Shown in pieces: positions 1 through 17,804 of a stretch of DNA of 64,000 nucleotides (position 1 is its first letter; every line of letters begins with the position of its first letter). The translations under genes and the position numbers were made by a program. This DNA is from Trichoplax sp. H2 (lineage: Eukaryota), in assembly GCA_003344405.1 (NCBI GenBank), contig NOWV01000003.1:62001-126000 (forward strand), read 5' to 3'. The notes under the pieces are model-generated. The model worked only from the letters and a program-made list of their open reading frames with translations. It ran no database searches and had not been told where the DNA came from.

Positions 1-3000
1 TCTCTAAACGTTTGATTTCTTCATCCTACATAAAGAATAGCCCAAACTTTTAGGTGTGCTATTTGTAGATCGCATGGACAATAATTAACTTTTATAGAGA
101 CCTGGAGAGCATTCTCATCTTGAATTGCCACTTGTTCATCAACGGAACTTAATTGCGGTAGTTCCTTATCCGTATCAAAATGGTGACAACCGAGTAATTC
201 GATGATCTTTTTGCGTGGTTCTTTCAAAAAATTTGCCTGGTAAGAATTTAAAGGCTTTAGAAAAAGAGGTCATTACAGTATTCATTAGTAAAATTATCAA
301 AATACACCTTCAAAAAGCCCCATTGAAGAGATTCATAGTCGTCTCCTGATGATTTAAGTCTCTCATCGCAAAACGCAATTAGATTACCATTATCTGCAAT
401 AGCATTGTCAAGTTTCTTCGCCCGCTCAATAAACACTTCATTGGTTACTACCTGACTTATAGCGACCTATTATGAAAAGTAAGCATCTGATACCCAATCG
501 ATAAATTACGTATGATAGGACAGATCTTGTTTAATTAATGCTCACTTCTGTTGAATTGGTATCTTTCGAAGGATTTAGAGTAATCAGCTTCCCTCCAAAC
601 TATCGGGTTAATAAACATTATAAGGACTACATCGTCATAAGTACGTAAATAATCTTTTCCTTCAAAACCGTAACTCACAGCAAATGAAGCGCCAGCTGAA
701 ACTTTCAAACATTTTGGAGGGTATTTTGGACACAATGGCATAGCTGTGTACTCCGGCTTTGGAGAATTTGGAACATCAGCTATATTAGCGAAATCAGAGC
801 CAAATGCCTCACTAATCTATAACAAGATTAACCTATTAATAATTTGACTCTGTTTGTAGCGCACATTATATTTGCATAGCATTCACTACTTGTTTATGTT
901 GCTGTTCGGCAAACTGTGATTGTTGCTTTTGACTTCCACTTATTAAGGAGTAAATTTGAATATAGTCATCAGCTGTCATTAAAGACACCAAAATAGGCAT
1001 TCGAGGACACCACCGTACATCCATACAAGAATTACACGGTATTTCGTAAACGAGCTAGTGATAAACGCTTGATCAGTTTTGCACTTTACTACAAAAGTTC
1101 ATGATTTAAAGTACCTCGCCGCTTGGAATATTGCTTTCTGAATTTGATACAGATCCATTAGGATTCCAGATCAATACTTTACTATCCTATTAAAGTAAAA
1201 ATACTGTAGCATAACTAGTCTACGAAATATGGCGAAGTATTTCATTAGCAAACCTTTCCACAACTTGCAAGCATATCAGCATCCTGATTACACCAGGCTA
1301 CAGCATGAATACCCCTATGAATTGCAATTTGTGATACATATATGTTTCCTTGAACCTGGTACCATAAAATATTTGCAGTAAAAATTATACCTTTTATGTT
1401 CTGAAAATATTTTGATAGGATATTGCATATATCGTACATCCCACATCTATGTTGATTAAATTTAGGAAAAAATGATTAATCAAGAGTACACTAAGACATA
1501 AATTTACAATTAAATGACTGCACAAATTCCCTGTATCACTGATTCCGTTGAGTTAGCCTGCACTAGCTGTGTAGCAATGCGGGGATGCCAAGACATTGTA
1601 TGGCAATTTACCTAGAGCATAGAACCAAATAGTCAAATACAACATATAATATTAACCTACTCTTAAGCGCAAGGACGACATAAGTTTGCCTCAAATTACC
1701 AGAGCGTTTCCGGTATTGAGAGTAATCACTGGCTTTTCTGTCTTTCTCATATCCCAAACTACGGTATGGCCAACAGAAGAAGAAGAAGCTATAATATGTG
1801 GTACCTATATTATATCATAATTATCAAGATGTTGTAGAGTCTGTTAAAAATATGCATTAACATTGACCGTACAATATAATTGTTATAATCCTAGAAGAGC
1901 ATCCGTACTTGCAAATTCCAAGTAACACAACTCATATCAGCAAGATTATTAGTAATCTGTAAAGAGTAACGAAGATATCTTGTTAATTATGGAATTGGTC
2001 ATGTTATGGTAAAGAAACTGTGTTCTAGATCACTTTAAAACCTGAAATTTTGAACCAATCACTAGAGGATCCCTATCGACTTGATTTAAATCCCAAATAT
2101 ATAATTCCCCAGCTTTCGCAGATGAAGCCAGTAGATTTTTCTTTCCCGAAAACGATGAAAGATATAATGTTAAAAATCAAAAATTTAATACTTCTTTGTT
2201 ATATTAAGATATACGAAAGCATACAGTTTAGATAGGCCAGAAATATTAAACAATTTAAATATAGATTAATTTATTCACCTGGAACGGGTTAAAGTCTAGA
2301 TCGCTTGCAGCTTCGGAATGCTTATATATATTGAAAATATTATTTGTTAAAGATCATTAATTTGCTTCAATTATGCTAAGGATTATAGATACTAATATTG
2401 TAAAGAACTTGAACAAACATTAAAATTTAAGTCTTCAAATTAGTAAGACATATACCTTTTCTAATGTGGACAAAACAGCATGTTCTTCTTCATGCCTACC
2501 AAAATCATAAACATATTTACGTAACAGTCTTATTCTGAAATTCGGGTAGATAACAGTTATACAAGAAGAGTTTACGTTACTACTTTAACTCACTTCATAA
2601 TGTTTTTAACGCTGTAGAGATAAATTTTAGCATCGGTGGCACTGCCAGCAAGTAAACCAAAGTCATTTCTCTGCTGAGTACTATTCCACGCTAATTTCTT
2701 GAAACTGACAAATCCCTTAGTTATAAATTTCTCAGTCATTAAAAACAGTACAAATATGTGGGAGCTGTTACCTATAGTCTGTTGCGATGTATCCTACTTG
2801 TGGCATATCTAAAGATGAATCACCCGGTTCCACTGACAGAATTTCTAACCTTGCATCGCTAGAAAGATTCAGTCCAAAATGAGAAATGCTTAATAAAGTG
2901 CACGCGATAGTCTATTATAGTCAAGTATTTAGACAATAAGAAATCTCGCCTAATGTTTTGGCCAGCTGTTGAACCAGCAGCAACATATATGGGAGAAATG

Positions 3001-3053
3001 TTTGTGGGGCTCCACGCCACCGTAGCAGCCTTGTGAACGTCTTTTATCCTCAT
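1..3053 (-). CDS. SEC31: SEC31 COPII outer coat WD40 protein, 5' part (multi-exon, continues beyond window start)
   Basis: Exon translations MRIKDVHKAATVAWSPTNISPIYVAAGSTAGQ, DARLEILSV, NLLASSAKAGELYIWDLNQ, HRGIHAVAWCNQDADMLASCGK and PKCLKVSAGASFAVSYGF match the SEC31 N-terminal WD40 region. ATG at 3053-3051; GT-AG introns. Confidence 0.93.
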
Positions 3054-4078
3054 AATTAACCTTAAAAAAGTCAAGAAAAAACTAGGGTTTATCCTAATAA
3101 TCGGTCAAAGATACCTACAATTAAGATAAATTGTATCGTCGGCGAAGCAACAGATTATAAATCAAACAAAATTTTAACTCAGCTTAACTCTTAGCTCAAG
3201 ATTTATAACACATAAAAAGCAAAATACCGTAGTTCCATGATTTATAATTTACTAGTTTATACCAAAGCTGTGGAGAACCTTTAATCTTTACTTTATTCTT
3301 CACAACCCAGTACAGTATCTGCAGTATCTACTATACCGTATCATACGAATATGAGTGATATCAACTAGCTTACATTACTTTGTACGTTTCTACGAGTACT
3401 ATATTACCTCTATCATAAGCACTAGATTATAGTACTTGGTTCCTGGACAAGATTTAATCTAATAACGAAATCAATAGTTCAAATGTCTAAATGTACAGTA
3501 CTTGTACTAATTCAAACGCGTGCAAGTAAAACAGATTCTATTCTGCTAGCGATTACAGTAAATGTCAGTAGTAGCCATAATATTAGCAGATACAACATGG
3601 GTAAAACTATGACCTTTTTAAACCAAGTTAAAATTTGATTTACGTACACTCACTTTATAGTAATCTACTTCCCTGTGGATTCAGCAATTAAATGTATATT
3701 CTTATTGTAATATCTTTCACCAGAATACTACAGTCGTAGATATAGTTTACGGCAATTTCTTAATAATGCTCACTTTATCCTACAGGTAAATTAATCGATG
3801 TGCTGTACAGTCTTGAAATATCATACCAAATAATGTTCTTTAAACTTTGAGTGGGGTCTAGCGGTTACTCAAATCTCATACAGCACAATTAATATCTAAA
3901 ATATAAATAGATGATATCAGGTATATTTTAGATTTACCGAAATTCCTTGTCGTAGATAGATAAAGTTATTCTCAAGAAAATACTATCAGAAGCTGTTGGC
4001 AGTTTTTAAAGTTACAAAGACCACGACACAAGCAAAGAGATGCACCAATTGCACAGTGCAGTCTGAATGTGTAATCTA

Positions 4079-4680
4079 TGTACAGTACAGTACAGTACAG
4101 TATTCAGTATCACCCTTTACTGTACAGTACAGTACTGTAAAATTACAGTAAAAGAAGGAAAGAAAAAGACGGGAGCAGCACGGTGCAGTGTACAGTACAT
4201 ACTGTACAGTAACAGCTGTGCGTACTGTACAGTACAGTGCTGTACTGTACTGTGCACTGTACACACTGTACTGTTCAGTCATGGACTACAGTACTGTACT
4301 GTACTAAAACTGTACAGTACAGTATTGTATTTTCCGTAAATACTGTACTGTACAGTACAAACAAAATGAGGCCAAAAGGTTCTCATTTGATACTGTCGAC
4401 CGTGGCCGATTGCTAACCAGACTATCAGAGATCATTGATGGTACAGTACTGTAGTGTGCGGTACAGAACTATTACTTACAGTACAAATAAAATTAGGCCA
4501 AAAAGGTTCTCATTTGATACTGTCGACCGTGGCCGATTGCTAACCAGACTATCAGAGATCATTGATGGTACAGTACTGTAGTGTGAGGTACAGAAGTAAC
4601 AGAACCATTACTTACAAAGTTAAGTGAAGGTTGATTCAATGGAGTGTATTGTACTGTACACTGTACAGTGTACAGTACGG
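4079..4680. repeat. TACAG/CTGTA (TACTGTACAGTA-type) palindromic microsatellite field in the SEC31/CaMKII divergent promoter
   Basis: Dense runs such as tacagtacagtacagtacag and tgtactgtactgtgcactgtacacactgtactg, ending shortly before the CaMKII ATG. Confidence 0.85.
4351..4616 (+). repeat. Two-copy tandem repeat, period about 126 bp
   Basis: aggccaaaaggttctcatttgatactgtcgaccgtggccgattgctaaccagactatcagagatcattgatggtacagtactgtagtgtg occurs twice, in units starting near 4351 and 4477, and is nearly identical. Confidence 0.92.
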
Positions 4681-4756
4681 TATCTGTTTATTGTATCTGA
4701 TCAGTTTGGCAGTGAATAAAAATCTGTTACCACTTCCGTTGTTTGCGGGATCAAAG

Positions 4757-10546
<5,790 letters not shown>

Positions 10547-12441
10547 AATCTTTCCCTTACAATGAAATTCAAATTTTAAGCTCTCTTCATTGATCTGGCT
10601 GATTCATTGCTTTTCTGTATCGGTAATTTTAAGTCATAATCAGGTGATTTGGCTTACCCATACATTTACATGATTGTATTGCTAATACTTCGGAAACGTT
10701 CTAAAGTTAAATCAGCTCAATTGTTCAATATTAATTTATTTCATTGATAAGTTATTCCGAGTTACTACTTTATAATATCGACTTAAATATACTTCGATAG
10801 ATATAAATTCATCACATCAAGTTGTAGTGTTATTTCGTTGTGCTGTTACGGACAATATTGCTCCAGTATTAGTGGAGATGGAATAGTGATTAAGCTAACG
10901 CTTGTGAGACTGACGCCGAAATGATATGTAACAAATTATTAATGTGAAATAAGTCACTTATCATCTCAAAATGCTTACTTGTAAAATGTTGCTAGATCCT
11001 ATAATTTGTGAATGTAATACTCGAATGGCAAGAGAATTATATAAGGTTATGCTATGTGGGATCAGAACCTACAGCGCTTAAGGTTGCTAAAACGATGACT
11101 ATTACATAGTTCGTATACGTCGCTCTTGTGTGATGAGTAGTAACAGTGCTGCCTTCCTTTTAATGTAATACGTTAAGATTTGTCTTTCCTGTTTAACAAA
11201 GAACCATTGATGTTTAGCTCATTCCTATCACATAAACCATAACTAATTGTAGCAATTGCTTAGCATTTATGCTGTTATTTAAAATTCTTTAGCAACTCCT
11301 CGACGTAAATGTATTGAATTTATTAGCTTTATTATGCTCTTCGACTGGGTTGTTTTACAGTATTATACTAAATGAGTACATCGATAAATACAAATGTGCG
11401 GTATGAAGTAATTTTAAAATGTCTAGCTCTCGTTTTCGTATCGTAATTATTAATATTAATAGGCTGTACCCTACAGTTATTTGCGAACGGTCTAGGGTCA
11501 TGAATTTTTACTCTTTTAAATCTACTGTGGACAGTGACAACAATAACTAATTACAGTAACCTGTTTCGTGATTTGTAAAATAGATAGATAACTGATGTCA
11601 TACAACATTTAATATAGTAGTAATATCTCGGATAGTCTTCATTCAATATATACGCTTTGTGTTATGTACACGCATATACAGTAGTAATTTATTGCTACTG
11701 TACGAATCAGTAAAAGAAAAGTTTGACCCCTAAAACACCTAACTTTCTAACAGAGTATGACAAATCCCTCCTGCAAGATACCCGCAGAGTATTTATTAGA
11801 GATAGTTTATGATACGTAGCCTTTGCCATTGCATGCACCAGTACATTTCGCTGTAGAACAATAATTGGAACAGTATGAGCATTGATATCCAGTTGAAAGA
11901 TACATTACTTCAACGCCGGCTAGCTAAGTAAGTTACTGAAGAGTTTCAATTGTGATCGAAGTCGCAATCGCCATATTATCAACCGCATTCTATAAAGTGC
12001 TAGTAACAGCTACGATCTCTCCATAAGCTACTGTACATTTACTCTCGGCAGCTTTAACATTTTCACTCAAAGATGCCTTTAAATCCCCTAAGGTAATTGA
12101 CGAAGTAACACTCATGCACCAATAGTACATTTCAGGCAATCCGGTGGCCTAATCACAGGCACTTCTCCGACTTTTCTTGCACCAAAACCATTTCTGAACC
12201 GTTAAACAATGTATCTATTTACTGTCATAGGGCAAGTCAGTAAAACATTTTTCAGGTACTGCACGATGTGTAGACGTACTAGACCATATGAAGTTGATAA
12301 ACGCCCGAAATTATCGTTTAAATCTTGCAAAATTAACACCTTTACTTATAATTAATCACCACATGCAATCCTGTTTTACGCAACTTAATTTCATAGTTGT
12401 GTGTGCGCTTTACAGCCCTATTGCAATGCTAAAAATATCAT

Positions 12442-12483
12442 TGATATTGATATTGATATTTTGCTGTATCAATATCAATATCA
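12442..12483. repeat. Perfect 17-bp inverted repeat (hairpin) with an 8-nt loop
   Basis: tgatattgatattgata-ttttgctg-tatcaatatcaatatca. Confidence 0.85.
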
Positions 12484-12688
12484 CCGCAATTTTCCTCACA
12501 GATTAGCAAATGTCAACATCAATCAAGGAAAGGTCAAGTTCTGAGCGAACCAAAATTATATTAAAATGATACTTTGTAAAGCAGCTGACAACAGCACTGC
12601 GCTGTGACATCTACGTACAGTACGTAACCATCAACAGGTGTAACTGTAACGTACAGTACAGTATAAGTATGCACTGTACTGTACAGTA

Positions 12689-12797
12689 CACGGTATAAAG
12701 TTATTGAACCTCTGACAGGTCTATCAAATGGTAATACTATCCGTTAAATGAGCACATTATCGTAAACCGTCAGCAAAGCGACGGGAGTTTGCACTAG
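12689..12797 (+). mobile_element. Helitron-like 3' terminal segment, copy 1 (109 bp)
   Basis: Shared in reverse orientation with 24108-24216 at about 4 mismatches. Ends in the GC-rich hairpin ccgtc-agcaaagc-gacgg, a 9-nt spacer, and CTAG followed by T. Confidence 0.65.
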
Positions 12798-13676
12798 TAT
12801 AGTAGTATCAGCTAATTAGTAAAGCAAGTATTCAAAATCATATACTGTATAAGGTTATTTTAGTAAGCACCGGATATAAAATTATGGTATTTTGTATAAA
12901 TTTACAGACCATACGCAATATATCGATTTATATATTAGAGAAGGTGTTAATGTTTACAATTAGAATTAAAGTTCGCATTAATTGTGTGTGAATTATTAAG
13001 AACTGCTAATGGATTCTCACATGAATTGTTATTTTGTTAATTGATATTTACCGAGAATTTATGAAACTTGAAATCTTTGTAATAAGTATAGTTAATCCTT
13101 ACTAAAGATATCTCATGGTATTCTATGAGAAGTAATTGAATTAGACTGAATTCTGATGTACTGTTTTTATCTAAAACTTGTAAAATCTTTGTAATCAAAC
13201 GTGTTAATTGATGCATGACTATATAAGAGAGCTCTCCTGAAAATAAAATCAAACTTTTCTTAAGCTCTAAATTAATTGCTGTTACGGTCGTTGAGGACCA
13301 GTAATATAAACATATTACATAATCAGGTCTGAAGCGTATAACTTGGTATAAGCTGTTAGCAAGCCTATAAAAAAGCATACTCGTACTTGTATCAATCACA
13401 TACGTATAATAGATGCATATGATCTATTTAAGCAATAGTAATTTGATTGTCAGGTTTTGGTCTTCATATAACCTACTCGTACATCTAGACAACACTAGAT
13501 GCAACTGACGGCGAGAATCTTTGGTGTATACCTGTATTCACTGCTAGTTGCAGTATAAAAGATTTTATGCGTACAGGGAGTTTGATAGCGAGGGGAGCGT
13601 TAACTAGCTGTCTGCCTGCGTCGTTATGTATTCCTATACAGAACTGTACCGTACAGTATACTATAGTTCACTAAAA

Positions 13677-14343
13677 GGCCACCCGTTTTCAGGTGCTGGT
13701 GGACATTGTAGTTGACAAGCCACTTTGTTGAAGCCAACAGTAATTTAGTGTACAGTTCGAAATCGAAACTAAAGTGCAGGATGTACGATTGTATACGAGA
13801 GTTTCTAACCTTATAAACAGCTGAAAAGCTGACATTTACATAAATTAGAAAAATTTTAATGATGTAATGTTTTTGATTGAGATCCAAATTGTGTACTTTT
13901 TAAGGCATCATTGACTGATCGTTAAGCGAAAAAATAATCCGGATTTGATATCGACAATGTAGTTTAAATCGACATCGAAGGGGTGGGATTGGCAAAATTT
14001 CCTTGCAAAATGGCATAAAACGACGCTAAAAAATCGAGCCAATCGCGCTCCTTCGAGATGGTTTGAAATTATACCGTAGGTATCAAACATGGATTTTTTT
14101 ACGCTTAACGATTAGTCAATGATTACCTTAAAAGCACACAACTTAGATTTCAATCAAAAACATTACATCATGAAATTTTCCGAATTTCTGTAAATGACAG
14201 CTTTTCACCTGTTGTTAAGGTTAGAAACTAACATATACGATCATACATCCCGTACGCCAGTTTCGAACTGTACTCTAAATTACTATTACCTTCATGAAAG
14301 TCGCTTGCCTTCTTTCATGTCCACCACCTAAAAACGGATGGCC
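13677..14343. repeat. Long diverged palindrome (foldback/MITE-like, or a hairpin-RNA locus)
   Basis: Left arm ggccacccgttttcaggtgctggtggacat...tgatgtaatgtttttgattga...cattgactgatcgttaagcg pairs with right arm cgcttaacgattagtcaatg...tcaatcaaaaacattacatca...atgtccaccacctaaaaacggatggcc. Complementarity continues inward to a loop of roughly 40 nt. Confidence 0.88.
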
Positions 14344-14429
14344 GGACACCCATCTGAAAATGAGGAATCGTGTGTAAAAACTTAAAAACTTTGACGATGC
14401 CAACTAATGGCAACTACTGTTAGATCTGT

Positions 14430-15310
14430 CTACTGTACAGTACTGTAAAAGCTACTGTACTGTACAGTACAGTACAATACTGTACGCTTAGTGAGTGAGT
14501 GTACTGTACTGTACTGTAGTGTTATGGACATACAGTACTGTACAGTACAGTATTGTACTGTTCTGTTCATTACAGTATCCAGAAATGCCGCTGAAACGGC
14601 TATACAGTACAGTACAGTAGACTGTACAGTGTCTTCAACGCATTTATCCAAACATATCTGCTGGCATATTTGCTTGGACAAGGTATATTTGCTTAATAAA
14701 GGTATAGAGCCGTTTCAGCGGCATATTTTACAGTTACACCTGTCGATAGTACTGTACAGTACGTACATACAGTACAGTACTGTACAATACAGTATGGTTA
14801 TACAGTACTGTACACCGTACAGTACGTCAAGGAATACTGTACAGTACTGTACAGTTAGGGTGAAAGTCAGCTAAAATTTCATATACTGTACACTGTACAG
14901 TACAGTAATGTTTCGACATTTCAACCAAGTCGAGGAGCAAGAGGCTAAAAGCTTACGTGTAGCGTGTAATAACTTTGAAATTTACAGTACAGTGTTGGTT
15001 GGTTTTCGGTACTGTTTTATTGAAATCGTGAAAGGTTTCAGACCTAAACTACTGTATGTACTGTATACAGTAGACTCCATACGATGGAGCACATACAGTA
15101 CTCCTGGTACAGTACTACTTCGGCTAACTTCATGTGCATCATACTGTACAGTGTACTGTACTGTACGCTGTATACGATACACTACAATACTGTACAGTAC
15201 TGTACAGTATGATGTTATTTACTCGTGCGATGCACTCACATTCTAACTGTAACTTAGATCTTCCAATTTATATAGCTCCGATCTCTGCTAGCTTCCTACA
15301 GTACAGTACT
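14430..15310. repeat. TACAG/CTGTA microsatellite field upstream of 4E-BP
   Basis: Dense tactgtacagtactgta runs ending about 20 nt before the 4E-BP ATG. Contains a 17-bp inverted repeat at 14585-14601/14708-14724. Confidence 0.85.
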
Positions 15311-15330
15311 TGTTCGTTTCCAGCGAAGTC

Positions 15331-16124
15331 ATGTCTGACTCTACTAGAAGTAAAACAGTCGACATACCTTTCAAACGCATTTTAGTTACAGATCCTTGCC
15401 AATTACCCAATAGTTACTCTACCACGCCAGGAGGAACTATCTTTTCTACCACTCCTGGTGGTAAGGTTTTACTGATAGTGTAGATGATATTACTGTACTA
15501 CGGCATTATTTTATTTTACAGCCACTGTAATAAATTTACAACTGTATTATTAATATACCTTTGTGTAATCGCAAATCAGTAATTTACGCTAGCCTAGTGT
15601 CCTTTCTACTGTGTACCAATTGTTGGAGATCACTTCAGCTACGATCTAGTGCAATATCTAATACTGTCACTTCAAATTAGATACTTTTGCTACTTTCTGC
15701 AGTTATACTTACTTCTCTGGCTGCAAAATACAGCATAATATATTCAAATTACCCTTAATTATGTACTCTGCAATCTCTATTTTAATTTAAAAGGGACGCG
15801 TATCATTTATGATCGAGCATTCTTATTACAAATGAGAAACTCTCCTCATGCTCAAATTCCTCCATCGAACTTACCGAATATCCCTGGCGTAACAAGTCCT
15901 CCTATAAAAGAAGATAAATTTCCTAAGTCGAAAGACCATCCGGAAAAATCTACAAATCCAGTCACTTCGAGGCCGAACGTTGAACAGAAGGAAGACAAAG
16001 GTATGCATTTGCTAATTGATTGGAAAACATCTTCAAACTGCATGATGATCGTTCAGCTACTGTACCTCATACCGATTTGTTTATAGGTGAAGAAGAACAG
16101 TTTGCTATGGAAATGGAAGAATGA
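15331..16124 (+). CDS. EIF4EBP: eIF4E-binding protein (3 exons: 15331-15460, 15794-16000, 16087-16124)
   Basis: [61 protein letters not shown]...[12 protein letters not shown]. Shows both TPGG phosphosites, the YxxxxL-phi eIF4E-binding motif and a TOS-like FAMEM motif. Confidence 0.96.
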
Positions 16125-17804
16125 TAAATACATGTCTTGACTGATTACATGTGAAGGTAACAGTATATAAGTCCGCATAGTGCGGTAGAATAATGACGTA
16201 ATAGCTACATAGTAAGCACTTTTTCAAGTTGAAGCAGTCACTGAAAGCCTGAAGTCATACGAACAACTGTGGATTTGCACTTCATTATAAGATTTTATAA
16301 ATGCTGATTTCATAATATAATTATATTATACTATATTATACAGCAAGTAATAGCTCCATGTCTGTAATTTTATTAATATCAGTTTAGCTACATTATAGGC
16401 GTAGTTGATGACCAGTTAGTAAAATCTACTATTTGGACAATCAAAGCATATGGTGTCTTTCATACATATTATGGTAATGCAAGGGACTATGTATGCCTTT
16501 AAAGTTGAACCTAATGATTTAAAGGTTATACGCATAAATTCTCTGTAGATATTATCTGTTGATTTTATAACTGTTTTAACGGGAACTTTTGAATTTAAAT
16601 ATTTTCAAGTCAATACGAAATTAAGGTTTTCTAATCTTGGATGTTTACATTTGTCGTCAGTTGACATCGCATACCTCTTGTCTTATTTCAATAGAATCAA
16701 TAATTTCGATATACATTGCTTATAATGTTATTTTCTCTCATATCTTGTACTGATTCGTTGATAAATAAAATTTTAACATTGTAATCCAGTTATGTTAGTA
16801 AATACCAATATTCCAGGAATAGGTAAGATTAGCTTTCCCGAAATGATTGTCGATTATAGCAGCGATTCTAGAAAAAATTGCGGCCCAATGTAGTATCCCT
16901 TGTTTACTATTGAAGAGCCGACTACTGTTATTAGAAGATACAGTAACGCCCTCAAAAGTAGAATCATATTTTAATACGCTTTCAATTTTGAAGTACAGTC
17001 CGACTGCTTAATTTGGATCAATGCTCATCTGCTGCTGATTAAAATATAGTATTACATGCACTCAAGCATCATTTCTAACAGACCCTAGTATAGTGCTTAA
17101 TAAACTGTAATTTTTTATTTAACTATAAAACAGAAAGAGCTAAAGCTAGTGTACTCACTAAAGATCCAATGTATAAATAAACAAGACCTGATAGAAACCA
17201 ATGATATTCTTCAAAACGTTTAGCAATTGTATCACCATACGTATTGCATAAGTAACTCAAATTTTAAGCTATCTTTCACTTACAATGGAATTAGATGAAA
17301 TACTACAATAATTTGCAAAATAGACTGTATGTCTACATTGGCAGAAACACGTTTTGAAAAAATAGAATTGCACGCTGGTATTATTACATAGTGATGGAAC
17401 GCAGACCCGTTCTTAAATTCGTAGGACAGTAGGTAAGCTGAGTTTATTTTAAGAATGTTAATAAGGCAACATAATTAATAAGCATTTATTTACACAGCGT
17501 ATCGAAGGTTCATTCTAGTAAAGAAATCGATAACATATTGAACCTTAAGGCTCTAGCTGCAATTCAGTTCAGGTATTGTGCATACATGTCTTTCCTATCT
17601 AAAGGTGCATCTTCTAAATTCTAATCTTAAATAGTACACCCAAACAGTAAGTAATAGAATAGTGCAGTAACGATCTAACCGTCAATTACCCGTTCGTGTT
17701 AATCGTAAACTTAACATCATCAATAGAATCAAGTCTCAAAATATAGGCTAAGCTAAACTCTGCAAATTTGCCAACTTAGCACTTAAAGTTTACATTTACT
17801 TCCT

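Noticed and set aside
4067..4339. Cys/Thr/Val/Gln/Tyr/Ser-rich ORFs (also 14430-15385, 21682-23384, 32499-32708, 45578-46038)
   Set aside because: They are translations of the TACAG/CTGTA microsatellite (CTVQYSTVLY), open on both strands because the repeat lacks stop codons. They are not proteins.
4351..4616. CRISPR-like or other prokaryotic repeat array
   Set aside because: Only two contiguous copies with no unique spacers, and the whole window is intron-rich eukaryotic DNA with no cas-like ORFs.
13037..14090. ORFs 13037-13399, 13624-13887 and 13908-14090 as a transposase for the palindrome
   Set aside because: No recognisable DDE or other motif, non-ATG starts, and composition typical of random AT-rich DNA.
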